Positions 1-10,889 are shown, counted from the stretch's first letter. The stretch: 64,000 bases of DNA from Bdellovibrionota bacterium (GCA_050950765.1 JBMNIF010000003.1:384001-448000); one strand, 5' to 3'. Notes: generated by a model from the letters alone, not told the origin. Numbers and translations are program-made.

Positions 1-432
1 AACGATTACGATCCAGACACGGATACACCCAAAAAAGATAAAGAATATTCTCAAGATCCCTGTTAGAGTATATCCGTAGAACGATGAGAGTGCCCCCTCC
101 TCTCCACTTCCTAACACTTGAGCTAATTGAAAAACGTGTATACTTAAAGAATTAAATAATTTCACATCAGCGATAATCTGATGTCTACTCAACCACCTAC
201 TGGCACTTTCCTGTTGCGCTACTAAATCTTGTGCCCAACTTGCATTCAAACGTAAAGTTTCTAACTTAGCCTTTTTTAAGTTTGTTTCTGTTTTTGTTGA
301 GCCATATATTGAAATAAGAAGAACAAGTAGAAAGATAATGGGGATAATCCACAACCATTTTAGAGACCTCTTCCTTACACTTCGACGAAGCTCTGCAAAA
401 TCTTTTTCATGTTTATTGCCGAAGAGACCCAA
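1..432 (-). CDS. Partial membrane protein running off the window start (not in the ORF track)
   Basis: Manual translation gives 144 open codons from TTG at 432 (AAGGT upstream): MGLFGNKHEKDFAELRRSVRKRSLKWLWIIPIIFLLVLLISIYG..., with a second hydrophobic segment at the window edge. Confidence 0.65.
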   Translation of the reverse strand, partial: MGLFGNKHEKDFAELRRSVRKRSLKWLWIIPIIFLLVLLISIYGSTKTETNLKKAKLETLRLNASWAQDLVAQQESASRWLSRHQIIADVKLFNSLSIHVFQLAQVLGSGEEGALSSFYGYTLTGILRIFFIFFGCIRVWIVIV

Positions 433-760
433 GATATTTTACCTTTTAAAACAGAAATTCAACTACCATACGACGCACAACACCCGTCGTTATATAAGAT
501 GTTAATCTAACTTATAACGTTGCAACATCCCTTTACTTTTTTGTGAACAAAAATTTTCCGTATCATCATTTAGAATACTATAAAAAACCTCCGATTTTTC
601 AAATTTCCCCTATTTTTATTAGATCCTGCTCCAACTCCTTAAATATTCTACCTTTCTCTGTTGAAACCACTGTATTATCCTTAGCATCTGATAAGAGTCG
701 AGAATTTGCTTTCAGCAGGAGATATTCTTCTGCAAAAAAACTTTAAAGGAGATTAAACAG

Positions 761-2221
761 ATGAGTACCATGCCGGAAATTATTGATGGTTTTCCAAATA
801 TATCAGGTCATGAAAAAGAGTTATTTGAAGCCACGACAGCCAAAGTCAAAGACCCGATCTATCTCCACGACACTCCGATCGATTTTAATAATATCAAAAG
901 CTGCGTTGCTGCCGCTTTACATATGCATCAGCCACTGATTCCAGCAGGGGGAGATAACCTTCAAACTGCAGAAATTATCAGCAATTTGCAACATATGTTT
1001 GAACACTCCGCCGAAGGAGATAACTATAACGCAGGTGTTTTTAAAGATTGTTATCAACGTCTCGGCAGAATGATCCCCGAACTGGTTAATGAAGGGAAAG
1101 AACCCCGCATTATGGTTGAATACTCAGGGGCTCTTCTTTACGGACTCCGTAAAATGGGAGCAGATGATGTTTTTGATCTACTTATACCACTTACACAAGA
1201 TCCTCGTTATCGTCGTGCTGTAGAATGGTTAGGATCTCCTTGGGGTCACGCTGTGGCACCATCAACGCCGGTACAAGATTACAGACTTCACGTTAAAGCT
1301 TGGCAACACAACTTTGCTGCTATCTTCGGCTGGGATGCTCTTTCCAGAGTTAGAGGTTTTTCTCCTTCAGAGATGGCGCTGCCTAATCATCCTGATGTTG
1401 CTTACGAATTTGTAAAAACTTTGGTTGAGTGCGGTTATCGCTGGGTATTAGTGCAAGAACACACCGTTGAAACACCAGAAGGGCACGGTGTTCAACAAAA
1501 ACATATTCCGCACCGTTTAGTTTGCCGCAATTCTAAAGGCGAGGTGGCTGAAATTATCGCGTTAATTAAAACTCAAGGGAGCGACACAAAGCTTGTCGCG
1601 CAGATGCAGCCATACTATGAAGCTAAAGGGTTGGATCGCATTACCTTAGCAGGTAAATCGATCCCTCAAATTGTCACGCAGATCGCTGATGGTGAAAACG
1701 GCGGTGTGATGATGAATGAGTTCCCGCCAAAATATATGGAGGTCATGCGAGAAGCTTCCGCTACAAATACGGCACCGATAAACGGCACCGAATACCTTGA
1801 GTTGCTGGAAGCTGCTGGTGTACAACAATCCGACCTGCCTGTTATTCAACCTATCAAGCAAGCTTTAATTTGGGAAAGAATGGAGTCTGCAACAGGCCCT
1901 GAAAAGTTGGCAGCCGTTATTAAAGACCTCTCTGCCGAACGTCACGATTTTAATGTTGAGGGTGGAAGTTGGACGAATAATATCTCATGGGTTCGCGGTT
2001 ATGAAAACGTCTTAGGACCTATGGAAAAAGCGAGCTCTCTCTTTAATGAAAAAGTTTTAAAAGCTGGGGTCTCTCCCGATGATCCGAGATTTAGAAAAGC
2101 TTTATTCTTCCTTATGTCATCTCAAACCAGTTGCTATCGTTACTGGGGACAAGGGATCTGGACAGATTACGGTAAAGAGATCTCAAGACGTGCCATAGCA
2201 GTTTTAGAAAATGATTTTTAA
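761..2221 (+). CDS. Glycoside hydrolase family 57 protein
   Basis: HMHQP, SPSEMALP and IADGENGG match GH57 conserved regions; AGGAG RBS. Confidence 0.85.
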   Translation: MSTMPEIIDGFPNISGHEKELFEATTAKVKDPIYLHDTPIDFNNIKSCVAAALHMHQPLIPAGGDNLQTAEIISNLQHMFEHSAEGDNYNAGVFKDCYQRLGRMIPELVNEGKEPRIMVEYSGALLYGLRKMGADDVFDLLIPLTQDPRYRRAVEWLGSPWGHAVAPSTPVQDYRLHVKAWQHNFAAIFGWDALSRVRGFSPSEMALPNHPDVAYEFVKTLVECGYRWVLVQEHTVETPEGHGVQQKHIPHRLVCRNSKGEVAEIIALIKTQGSDTKLVAQMQPYYEAKGLDRITLAGKSIPQIVTQIADGENGGVMMNEFPPKYMEVMREASATNTAPINGTEYLELLEAAGVQQSDLPVIQPIKQALIWERMESATGPEKLAAVIKDLSAERHDFNVEGGSWTNNISWVRGYENVLGPMEKASSLFNEKVLKAGVSPDDPRFRKALFFLMSSQTSCYRYWGQGIWTDYGKEISRRAIAVLENDF

Positions 2222-2231
2222 GATAATTTAT

Positions 2232-2273
2232 TTTTAGATCTGGCAGCGCCTTCATGCTCTGTCAGATCTAAAA
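2232..2273 (+). other. Intergenic stem-loop
   Basis: TTTTAGATCTGGCAG...CTGTCAGATCTAAAA with one G-U pair; no 3' U-tract, so not a classic terminator. Confidence 0.55.
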
Positions 2274-2309
2274 CACGCGCGCTTGCAGCGCGTCGTCACC
2301 TACAAAAAA

Positions 2310-3851
2310 ATGACTCCTGATGCCACTTACATAAGTTTACCGTCTCCTGAAAGAAGTCCTGATAGACTTTTTGTTATCGCCTCTTTATTGGGTTTAAAGC
2401 CAACACCACTATCAGATGCTAAAGTTTTAGATATCGGGTCTGGACAAGGGTGGGATCTTATCGCTTTGGCTTGCGCCTATCCGAAAACAAGTTTTTTAGG
2501 GATAGACCGCTCTGCTACTGCTATTGCAGCCGGAAAAGAAGCTATCGCTAAACTAGATCTAAACAATATCGATCTGACCTGTCTTGATTTGCAACAATTT
2601 AACACCGCACAAAAATTTGACTATATTATCTGTCACGGTGTTTATTCATGGGTGCCTGAAGATACCGCTCTGCAGATCTTCAAGATCTGTCAAGATAAAT
2701 TATCAGATAACGGTTTGGCTTACATTAGCTACAACGCTCTCCCTGCTTGGACAACACGTGGTATTTTAAGAGAAGCGTTACGACGTTTCGTAAAAAGTGG
2801 ATCGCAGGAAGCTAAAATTGCGAAAGCCCGTTCAATTATCGAAACATTTAGCGCCACATTACAGGACTATCAATCGCCTTATGCTATGAGTCTTAAACTG
2901 GAGCTGGAGCAAGCAAAAAAAGCTTCGGATGGTTTTATTATTCAAGAGCTACTCTCTGATTATGCTTACGCTGAATATCTGGACACCTTTATAGCAAAAG
3001 CACAGCAACACCACCTCCACTACTTAGCAGAGGCGAAGTTTGAACGTATGATTTCAGAAAGGCTGGATGAATTAGCAGAAACGCCTGAATTGTGTAGAGT
3101 AGTTAGATCTCTCGATTCTTTCGTTGCCAAAGAGCAGGTTCTTGAGTTTGTCTTTCCAACTTGGTTACGGCAATCGATACTATGCAAAGAATCTGTTCCT
3201 GATAGACCAAACACACTCTCACTTTCAACGGAAGCACTTGCAGATCTTTATATCGCCTCTCCATTAGTTCCAACCCTTCCTTCAGATCCAGAAGGGGGCG
3301 ATGATATTTTTATGAACCCGAGCGGCTCTTATATTAAAATTTCCAATGAACACTTATGCCAAACGCTTAATAAGTTACACAACACTTGGCCAGATTGGAT
3401 CCCTGTAAAAAGTTTATATGAGATGCTTTCATTTCACTCCTCTTATACATTAAATAATTTTGCTGGAGATCTCGGGCTACTTTTTCGCAAAGGGCTGATT
3501 GAACTGCACGGTGTAGCAGCACCTTTTACTAATGATGCCACAGAGAAACCTTTAATCTCACCTCTAGCACGTTTACAGGTACAGCAGCAGCATTGGCTTA
3601 CAAACTTAAAACAGGAATACACACTCTTTACAGATTTTGAAAAACACCTAATTCCATTACTCGATGGAACTCGCACAAAAGAAGAGTTAAAAACAGAGCT
3701 CAAAGATCTATTAAGCTCTGAAGAATTAACTTTAAAAGAGGAGTTCAGATCAGAAGCTGCCAACTTAGATCTTGATACCCTACTTTCTCAAGCTATCGAT
3801 GAAGCTTTGAAACACTTTGCAGAAAGTGCGCTATTCCCCAAAATTGCTTAG
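2310..3851 (+). CDS. Class I SAM methyltransferase with methyltransferase-regulatory domain (PKMT-like architecture)
   Basis: VLDIGSGQG, FDYIICHGVYSWV, AYISYNALPAW; ATG at 2310 preferred to TTG at 2283. Confidence 0.85.
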   Translation: MTPDATYISLPSPERSPDRLFVIASLLGLKPTPLSDAKVLDIGSGQGWDLIALACAYPKTSFLGIDRSATAIAAGKEAIAKLDLNNIDLTCLDLQQFNTAQKFDYIICHGVYSWVPEDTALQIFKICQDKLSDNGLAYISYNALPAWTTRGILREALRRFVKSGSQEAKIAKARSIIETFSATLQDYQSPYAMSLKLELEQAKKASDGFIIQELLSDYAYAEYLDTFIAKAQQHHLHYLAEAKFERMISERLDELAETPELCRVVRSLDSFVAKEQVLEFVFPTWLRQSILCKESVPDRPNTLSLSTEALADLYIASPLVPTLPSDPEGGDDIFMNPSGSYIKISNEHLCQTLNKLHNTWPDWIPVKSLYEMLSFHSSYTLNNFAGDLGLLFRKGLIELHGVAAPFTNDATEKPLISPLARLQVQQQHWLTNLKQEYTLFTDFEKHLIPLLDGTRTKEELKTELKDLLSSEELTLKEEFRSEAANLDLDTLLSQAIDEALKHFAESALFPKIA

Positions 3852-3860
3852 TGCTTAAGG

Positions 3861-4601
3861 TTAACGCATCTTGTAGATAAATAAGGCATCCTGCCGTCCT
3901 TTCCCTAGCTCTCTTACAGCACTTGCTTTAGCAGGTGCTTCAAATGAATTTGATAATAGGAGGGTGCCCTTTGCCATCTCATCTTTAGCTTTTTTCCAGA
4001 TAGCAGGCATAAACGGCGGAGCAAGAAAGGTATACACAACATCGTAACTTCCTAAATCAATCTTCCACAAACTACGAAAGTGCACCGTAACATTTCGATA
4101 AGAAAGAGAGGTTAATTTAGCGAAGATAAAAACTATCGGATTTATCTCCACCCCGACAAAAGAGCTCTCAGGTCTGTGCCTAGCTAAAAATCGCAACAAC
4201 GCTGCGCTGCCACAACCTGCATCCAAAAAAGAGATGGTCGTATTTCTCGGAAGCGCTTCCAAAACTGCATCATAGACAGGACGAGCGCTCGGATAAAAAG
4301 GAACTTTTGTAAAAAAGGTCGGAGTATAAATTAAAAGTAAGAGACAAACACCTACCCAAACTAGAGACGGCAGATCTAACTGCAGTGAAAGGATTACGCC
4401 AAAAGGTAGCGCCGCATTTACAAGTTGCCAAGCTAACGAAACTCCTAAGCAACGTGCCAGTAAAGCAGCTACAACACCGTGCAATACTATATGCGCGACA
4501 GAAGCACCGTATAATTCCTGAACGATAAAGCCGCACATAAAACCGATCAGTTGTGCTATTATAGAGATGAGTAGTGAGATATGTGGAGATTTACGGATCA
4601 T
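3861..4601 (-). CDS. Membrane-anchored class I SAM methyltransferase
   Basis: Hydrophobic N-terminus, VPFYPS, FLDAGCGSA, YDVVYTFLAP. Confidence 0.8.
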   Translation of the reverse strand: MIRKSPHISLLISIIAQLIGFMCGFIVQELYGASVAHIVLHGVVAALLARCLGVSLAWQLVNAALPFGVILSLQLDLPSLVWVGVCLLLLIYTPTFFTKVPFYPSARPVYDAVLEALPRNTTISFLDAGCGSAALLRFLARHRPESSFVGVEINPIVFIFAKLTSLSYRNVTVHFRSLWKIDLGSYDVVYTFLAPPFMPAIWKKAKDEMAKGTLLLSNSFEAPAKASAVRELGKGRQDALFIYKMR

Positions 4602-5656
4602 TATTTTTGTAAGGCCTCAGATATTGATGAATTGAATTCACTCCTCACCCCTTTTTCATAGTAACGATCTAGTTCCGTACTTTTTTCTTTAATGCCGACC
4701 GCTAAAGCAGATTCTGGAACGACAATCATAACTTGCACAAAGAGATCTTCCCGCTCTGATCCTTTCTTAATCCCCTTATTTTTTAACCTAATCCGTGTAC
4801 CACTATTAGTATTGGGAGGGATCTTTAATTCTGCTTCACCGTTAAGAGTTGGTACCTTTAAAGTAACTCCGGCGATCGCTTCTGATATAGTTAGTGGTAC
4901 ATTCATAACTAAACCATCTTCTTCAAGACTTAAGTAAGGATGGCGTTCGATACTTTTTATAATACACAACGCTTCATTATTTTTATGAGGACCGTATTTT
5001 ATGCGCAGCACGGAAGCTGCTCTAGTTCCAGCAGGGATTACGATATTCCCGACACACTTTGAAACTTCATCAGGGATTGTGATAGCGCGTTTAGCGCCAT
5101 AAATCGCCTCGCGTAAAGAGATCTTTAACTCAAGAACAGAAAGCTCCTTTATAACTCTTTTTTGTTGCGTTTTATCTCTTATATTTTTCTCTCTGTTACT
5201 ATCTTTAGTGGTGAAAGCTCGCTTAAACCAAGCGCTGATCTTAGTAAAAGGGAACTCTTGCAGCACTAGCTCGGCAGGCTCCTTTTCAATTTTTCTCTCT
5301 TGCTGATAGGCGTGAGTTTTTTTAGGAGGCACCTCTTTTTGATCTGATCTCCGATCCGAAGGAGCTCTCCAACTCTGCTTTGTATCCATATTTTTTTTAA
5401 AAGAGGTGTACGCTTTAAACCTTGCATCCACCTGTTGATACTGAGCAAAAGAGAACTCGACATCGTATTTTGCCCGTTTTTGTGGGTTTCTTAATGTATT
5501 ATACGCCTCTGTGATATCTTTAAAGATTATAGCTGCTTTTTCATCGGAATTAATATCAGGATGATACCGTCGTGCCAAACTCCTATAAGCGCGCCGAATC
5601 TTATCAAGATCGGCTGATGGAGTAAGTCCTAATATTTTATAATAATTTTTTTTCAT
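4601..5656 (-). CDS. DnaJ/CbpA-type J-domain protein without zinc finger
   Basis: NYYKILG, YHPD and a C-terminal DnaJ_C region (VPTLNG, RLKNKG); ATG at 5656 preferred. Confidence 0.9.
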   Translation of the reverse strand: MKKNYYKILGLTPSADLDKIRRAYRSLARRYHPDINSDEKAAIIFKDITEAYNTLRNPQKRAKYDVEFSFAQYQQVDARFKAYTSFKKNMDTKQSWRAPSDRRSDQKEVPPKKTHAYQQERKIEKEPAELVLQEFPFTKISAWFKRAFTTKDSNREKNIRDKTQQKRVIKELSVLELKISLREAIYGAKRAITIPDEVSKCVGNIVIPAGTRAASVLRIKYGPHKNNEALCIIKSIERHPYLSLEEDGLVMNVPLTISEAIAGVTLKVPTLNGEAELKIPPNTNSGTRIRLKNKGIKKGSEREDLFVQVMIVVPESALAVGIKEKSTELDRYYEKGVRSEFNSSISEALQK

Positions 5657-5921
5657 CGGTATTAGAGGCCACTTCAAAATTCAATCTAAACAACACGTTT
5701 CATTAGATGCAAAAAGGAGCAGCTAAGAAACACCCTTTTAAATATAATAATATCAATAAGATAATTGTCGAGATGAGCCTCAAATTCTTGTTTTTTCAAT
5801 AAATTAGCGGTATAAAGGGAGAATATTGAAATTTTCTATTTTACCTGTGTTATATTTATAGCCTTAGAGATCCGTCTTTCGGATGTGGATGTGGTGTAAG
5901 GATATTTTTTAGAGGTCTTGC

Positions 5922-6578
5922 GTGACGTACCCTGCCGACAATAATCAATCTGCAACGATTCAACACCGTTTTGCAGTGCAACTTATAGAAGGTGTCGGTA
6001 TTTTAGATGAAGAGACAGCGGAAACTCTTGTTAAGGCTTTTGCAAAGGTTCCGAGAAGCAGCTTCATACCGAAAGCTTTCAACGCTTACGCTACGGAAGA
6101 CGTTACACTCCCTATCGGATATGGACAAACGATCACAAAACCTTCCTTAGTTGCAAGGATGCTTGGAGTGATCGGTTTGCGCAAAGGGATGCGTGTTTTA
6201 GAGATCGGTTGCGGATCTGGATATTGCAGCGCTGTAATGGCAGCAGCTGGTGCACAAGTTTTCGCTGTTGAGAACATCGGCTTATTAGCGCAACGCACTC
6301 GCAGGCTACTTGATAAATTAAACTTTCAAAACATTTTAATCCGCCGTTGTGACGGGCGTTACGGCTGGCAGGAACATGCGCCTTATGATGCAATTGTCGT
6401 TTCCACTGTTTTTGAAACGATAGAGCCTGAGTTAATTTCACAACTCAATAATCAGGGTGGAAAAATGATTGCACCAATAGGTAATAAAGACGGTCAGATC
6501 CTCACCTTATGGGAGGTGAAAGGAGAAGAAGTAAAACATTATCACCTTGAACCGTGTGACTTTAGCGATGGACAATAA
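5922..6578 (+). CDS. pcm: Protein-L-isoaspartate O-methyltransferase
   Basis: VPRSSF, LPIGYGQTI, VLEIGCGSGY, APYDAI; adjacent to an nlpD-like gene. Confidence 0.92.
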   Translation: MTYPADNNQSATIQHRFAVQLIEGVGILDEETAETLVKAFAKVPRSSFIPKAFNAYATEDVTLPIGYGQTITKPSLVARMLGVIGLRKGMRVLEIGCGSGYCSAVMAAAGAQVFAVENIGLLAQRTRRLLDKLNFQNILIRRCDGRYGWQEHAPYDAIVVSTVFETIEPELISQLNNQGGKMIAPIGNKDGQILTLWEVKGEEVKHYHLEPCDFSDGQ

Positions 6579-7323
6579 CCGTTTTGATGATATGCGCAAA
6601 ATCTTAAGCTTCAATAAGATCATTGTAGTGGCAGTTGTACTTTTGGTGAGCTTGTCCCTGATTCGTTGCAGTTCAAAACGTGAAATCTTCTACACAGTTC
6701 AACGTGGAGATACGTTATCTGCTATCGCTGGTTGGTATGGTGTTGAGGTTAAAGATCTGCAATTACAAAACGGCATAAGGGATCCACGCAACTTGCAAGT
6801 CGGAACTACTTTGAAAATAGTTGTAAATCAGGGGAAAAGAACACCTACACCAAATGCTATCTATCTAAGCAGCAGTGACAGAAGGGGAAATCGCATCATT
6901 CGAAACGTAAAGTTGGGAAGTGCTAAACGTTACATCGGGAACTTAATACCACCACTTGCTAACAAAGGGAGGATAACTTCCAGATTCGGTTATCGCGCTT
7001 CAGGTATTCATAAAGGCATAGATTTTTCAGCAAAGGTAGGCACTCCTATTTACGCAGCGCACGCCGGTAAGGTTGTAATCAGTGGCGTTCCTTTTAGCGG
7101 TTACGGCAAGATGGTCGCCATTGCAGGAGACGGTCTATTAACTTTATATGCACACAACAACCGTAATTTTGTACGAGCAGGGCAATACGTTCAGCAAGGT
7201 TACAAAATTGCAGAGGTCGGATCGACGGGTAAAGCCACAGGTCCGCACCTTCATTTTGAAGTGCGCATACCAACCGAGACAGGTTATAACATTGTAGTGG
7301 ATCCTGAAATTTTTTATCGTTGA
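6568..7323 (+). CDS. LysM plus M23 peptidase (NlpD-like); start 6568 or 6592
   Basis: YTVQRGDTL LysM, HKGID, YAHN, GPHLHFE; signal/lipobox-like N-terminus. Confidence 0.9.
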   Translation: MDNNRFDDMRKILSFNKIIVVAVVLLVSLSLIRCSSKREIFYTVQRGDTLSAIAGWYGVEVKDLQLQNGIRDPRNLQVGTTLKIVVNQGKRTPTPNAIYLSSSDRRGNRIIRNVKLGSAKRYIGNLIPPLANKGRITSRFGYRASGIHKGIDFSAKVGTPIYAAHAGKVVISGVPFSGYGKMVAIAGDGLLTLYAHNNRNFVRAGQYVQQGYKIAEVGSTGKATGPHLHFEVRIPTETGYNIVVDPEIFYR

Positions 7324-7376
7324 TCTTAGTTTGAGATATAGCGATCAAGTCTGCGACTTTAAGTGGTGGTTATTTT

Positions 7377-8372
7377 TTAACGTCCGATTAACCAATTCCA
7401 ATTGTGCCCACTACGAATAATATTTTTTGCAGACTCAATCATAGCTTCGCACTCTCTTTTTTCAAAAAAGCCGAGCGTTTCCCAAACTGCGCTACTGGCT
7501 TCATCCACCCGTTGTTTTCTAATAGCTTCGCAGATTGTAAAGGCAGCTTGCCACCTACGCTCTTCAATATTTTTATTACTATCTTCATTTAAGAATTTAT
7601 TTCCAGAGACACAGAATTCAGCCATACCGAAGGCAGCATCTTTACCGCAGCCACAAGCGGAGAGCAGCATGGCGCTAACTTGTAGCGGTTCACAACCATA
7701 GATCTTTAATCCAACACTACTAATCTCTCCGCCGTAAGTGAGTTGATCGACAGCTTCTTTAGCCTGTTCTAACGTTCCCGTTGCAATTAAAACCACTAAC
7801 CCACTTCTTCCGGAAAATCCCGCCAACATCCCCTTTCCTGAACCGAATTCAGGCTCAACTGATCCGACCATATGCCCGATTCGCGCTCGTAGCAGAGCGT
7901 CATCCAGCATCGGTCTCCAGATCCTTTCGGAGTCTTTCATCGATAACTTCCGACAGATCGAATGGATAACAGCACAAGTTGCTACAACATCTGCTGAAAG
8001 GCTTTGTAAAGCCGTTTGCGTGTTTGATACCTTTTTACCACATCCTAAAATGGGATCCTGTGCCGCTGCGAAGAGTAGATTATTTAATCCCAATACGAAT
8101 CCGGCATTTATTTTTTTTTGTCCACTTCCTCCGAAAACAAAATTAGAAAGTCTCCAGATGAACCATGGAACTGGAGCGAAATTTTTGACTATATTCTTAG
8201 CGACTGACCACGTTTGAACTCTTTCTGCAGAACGGTCGAGATCGATACGTGTAGAAAACTCTTCCGAGACCTCATCTAAGCCGCGCTCAATATTAAGAGA
8301 TAATTCGTCTCTATTAGATAATGTCGAGGTGTTTTCTTCCTCTATGTTCTTATTTGATTCTCCGTTCCCCAT
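7377..8372 (-). CDS. Hypothetical protein, possibly a degenerate HDOD-like helical domain
   Basis: 331-aa ORF; IWRPMLDDALLRARIG...GMLAGFSGRSGLVVL loosely resembles HDOD helices without the HD residues. Confidence 0.6.
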   Translation of the reverse strand: MGNGESNKNIEEENTSTLSNRDELSLNIERGLDEVSEEFSTRIDLDRSAERVQTWSVAKNIVKNFAPVPWFIWRLSNFVFGGSGQKKINAGFVLGLNNLLFAAAQDPILGCGKKVSNTQTALQSLSADVVATCAVIHSICRKLSMKDSERIWRPMLDDALLRARIGHMVGSVEPEFGSGKGMLAGFSGRSGLVVLIATGTLEQAKEAVDQLTYGGEISSVGLKIYGCEPLQVSAMLLSACGCGKDAAFGMAEFCVSGNKFLNEDSNKNIEERRWQAAFTICEAIRKQRVDEASSAVWETLGFFEKRECEAMIESAKNIIRSGHNWNWLIGR

Positions 8373-8823
8373 TAGCCATTATCAAACATAAATTGGTTTT
8401 TTTTCTCTGCAAGTAACTCTTACTGTCGACAGATCTTACTATTATTATTAGCTTTAAATATTTTCACCGTTACCTTCACCACTATTTTTTTAATATCTTC
8501 GCCGTTATCCTTTGTAAAAAATAATTTGTAAAAAAACCTCATTGATTTGAATCCCCTACCTCTTAAGATCTATCTAATCAAATGATTTTTATTGACGACT
8601 TAATAAGCGTTAGGATAACAACTTGGATTTATTGCACATTTTTCGCTTTAATCCGAACCTCTTTAATTATTTAAAGGGTAAGTTATCTTATTAAAAAAAG
8701 CTCACTTAAACACTAAGTGCTTGCCAGTACTGGAAAAATAATATAAGTATAGGCGAAGGCTGGAGTTTTTGTGTTGTACAAGTCTTATTGATTCGGCTGA
8801 AATTAATTCAATTGGGGATTAAT

Positions 8824-9150
8824 ATGGGTAACTCAAAATACTGTTTAACTAAAGCTGATCTTGCAGATGCTATTTATGCGACGCTTCCGGTTGATAAGCA
8901 GAAAGCTGCGCAAATCGTTGAGACGTATATTCAGATTATAAAAGATGCTCTTGTAAAAGAGAATAAGGTTATGCTCTCTGGATTCGGTTCTTATGAAGTT
9001 AAATTCAAACCACCGCGACGTGGCAGAAACCCTCAGACGGGAGAATCCATAATTTTACGTGCTCGTAAAGTTGTCAAATTTAAACCGAGCCAACTTCTTC
9101 GTAAAGCTATAAACGGTCAAGACGTTTCAAACGAAGAAGAGAAAGATTAG
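8824..9150 (+). CDS. ihfA: Integration host factor alpha / HU family protein
   Basis: LTKADLA, LSGFG, GRNPQTGE, ARKVVKFKPSQLL; ATG at 8824. Confidence 0.8.
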   Translation: MGNSKYCLTKADLADAIYATLPVDKQKAAQIVETYIQIIKDALVKENKVMLSGFGSYEVKFKPPRRGRNPQTGESIILRARKVVKFKPSQLLRKAINGQDVSNEEEKD

Positions 9151-9254
9151 CTTCCCTTCCCATATTTGATTGAATTATCAAATAATACAAACTGCTTACG
9201 TTTGAAACGTGGCGTGCTTTGTTAGTTATTTTTGATATTTTTAATAAAATAGAG

Positions 9255-9282
9255 CGGGCATTCTTTTTTTGAGGATGCCCGT
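9255..9282 (+). terminator. Stem-loop downstream of ihfA
   Basis: GCGGGCATTCTT-TTTT-GAGGATGCCCGT. Confidence 0.55.
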
Positions 9283-9324
9283 TAATATTTCTAGGTTCCC
9301 TTTCCTACTATATAACCCATTGAA

Positions 9325-10889
9325 CCCAAACTTTTCTGTGATTTACGTAACAATAAAGTAACATATTGTTATAACCTATAGAAATTTTTTAAAAATTAAC
9401 AAAAAAGGGGGTTGACTTTTTTGTTGTTTTGACATACGTATTTAGGTATGGGAAAGAAAGCAAAAATACACCCTGATTGGGCAACAAAATATCGAGAGAA
9501 AGGAAAAGAGGTACGTCTTATCAATGGGAGATATTACCTATATAGCTACAGCTATAAGTATGACCCTGAGAGGAAAAGGAGCGTGAAAGTTACTGGTAAA
9601 TTACTTGGACGAATTACAGAAGAGGACGGTTTTATACCAAGTGAGAAGAGAAGCCTTGTACCTGCTGTGAATATTAAGTGCAGAGAGTATGGTTTATCTC
9701 AATTTATCCTCAATCAAAAAACAATTATTGAAAGACTTCGGTGTTATTTTCCAGATAAGTGGAAGGCTATTTTGCTGATGTCATACAGCAGGATCAAACA
9801 TTGCTCTCCTATTAAACGCATGAATGATGATTTTGAAAACAGTATGTTGAGTGAAAAACTTAATTTTCTTCTTAATAAGAAAGCTATTCCGAATATTTTG
9901 CAATCGATTGGGAAAGATGAATTTGCTCGTTCTGAATATATGAAGAGTTTTATTCATGGAAAAGATTTTTTGTTAATTGATTCTACATTTCTTAGAACAT
10001 CTATGAGAAAGTCGAGTCTTGCTAAAGGAGGATATAATAAAGACCATTTTTGGGAAACGCAGGCGAGTTTGCTTTATATTTACTCTAAAAAATTGCAACA
10101 ACCAGTCTATTATAGGTTATTGGCTGGGAATATAAGAGATGTAAAAGCTCTATCTTTAACTATCCAAGAATCAGAAATTGGTGATGCTACTATTATTGCA
10201 GATAAGGGTTTCTATTCAGAGTCTAACGTTAAAGATCTTATAGAGAATAAACTTAGCTTTGTTATTCCATTGCGTAGAAATAGCTCTCTTATAGACTATG
10301 ATGGAATAGAAACAAGCAGGAACGTTATTGAATATAATAAAACGTACTTAAGATATAAAAAATATAAGATTGGGAATGGATTTATATATCTGTTTAGAGA
10401 CCCGTTTTTAGCAGGTGAAGAGGAAAATAACTTAGTTTCATTAACAATATCTCATCCAGAAAAATACAATTTAACAGATGTTGATTTAAAAAAAGTGAGG
10501 CTAGGAACTGTTGCATTCTTTTCAAATTTGGACTCATCCGCAGAAGAAATATACACGTTATACAAAATGCGACTATCTATTGAACAATCTTTTGATACGT
10601 TAAAAACTGTTTTAAAAGCAGATGCTTCATATATGAGTGATGATGATAAATTTCAGGGATGGATGTTCGTGAATCACATAGCAATACAGTGGAGCTATGA
10701 AATATTAAAAACAATAAAAAAACATAAACTTTCGACTTCAATATCATTAGAAGATGCTATCAGAAGGTTATCTGAAATTAAAAAAGTTAGGCTTGGGGAC
10801 TCTTGGTATTTAGCCGAGCAAACTAAAGCAGAGCTAAAAATAGCCGAACTGTTACTTACTTAACATACGTAAAAAGGGGAAAGTTTGGG
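9325..10889 (+). mobile_element. Complete IS (IS1634/IS4-like)
   Basis: Imperfect terminal IRs CCCAAACTTT..TTTACGTA; 6-bp direct repeat ATTGAA at 9319-9324 and 10890-10895. Confidence 0.9.
9448..10863 (+). CDS. DDE transposase (IS1634/IS4-like)
   Basis: LIDST, AGNIRDV, IADKGFYS, YKMRLSIEQSF (YREK-like). Confidence 0.92.
   Translation: MGKKAKIHPDWATKYREKGKEVRLINGRYYLYSYSYKYDPERKRSVKVTGKLLGRITEEDGFIPSEKRSLVPAVNIKCREYGLSQFILNQKTIIERLRCYFPDKWKAILLMSYSRIKHCSPIKRMNDDFENSMLSEKLNFLLNKKAIPNILQSIGKDEFARSEYMKSFIHGKDFLLIDSTFLRTSMRKSSLAKGGYNKDHFWETQASLLYIYSKKLQQPVYYRLLAGNIRDVKALSLTIQESEIGDATIIADKGFYSESNVKDLIENKLSFVIPLRRNSSLIDYDGIETSRNVIEYNKTYLRYKKYKIGNGFIYLFRDPFLAGEEENNLVSLTISHPEKYNLTDVDLKKVRLGTVAFFSNLDSSAEEIYTLYKMRLSIEQSFDTLKTVLKADASYMSDDDKFQGWMFVNHIAIQWSYEILKTIKKHKLSTSISLEDAIRRLSEIKKVRLGDSWYLAEQTKAELKIAELLLT

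Noticed and set aside
543..746. 67-aa ORF upstream of GH57
   Set aside because: AT-rich divergent promoter region with no RBS or recognisable motif.
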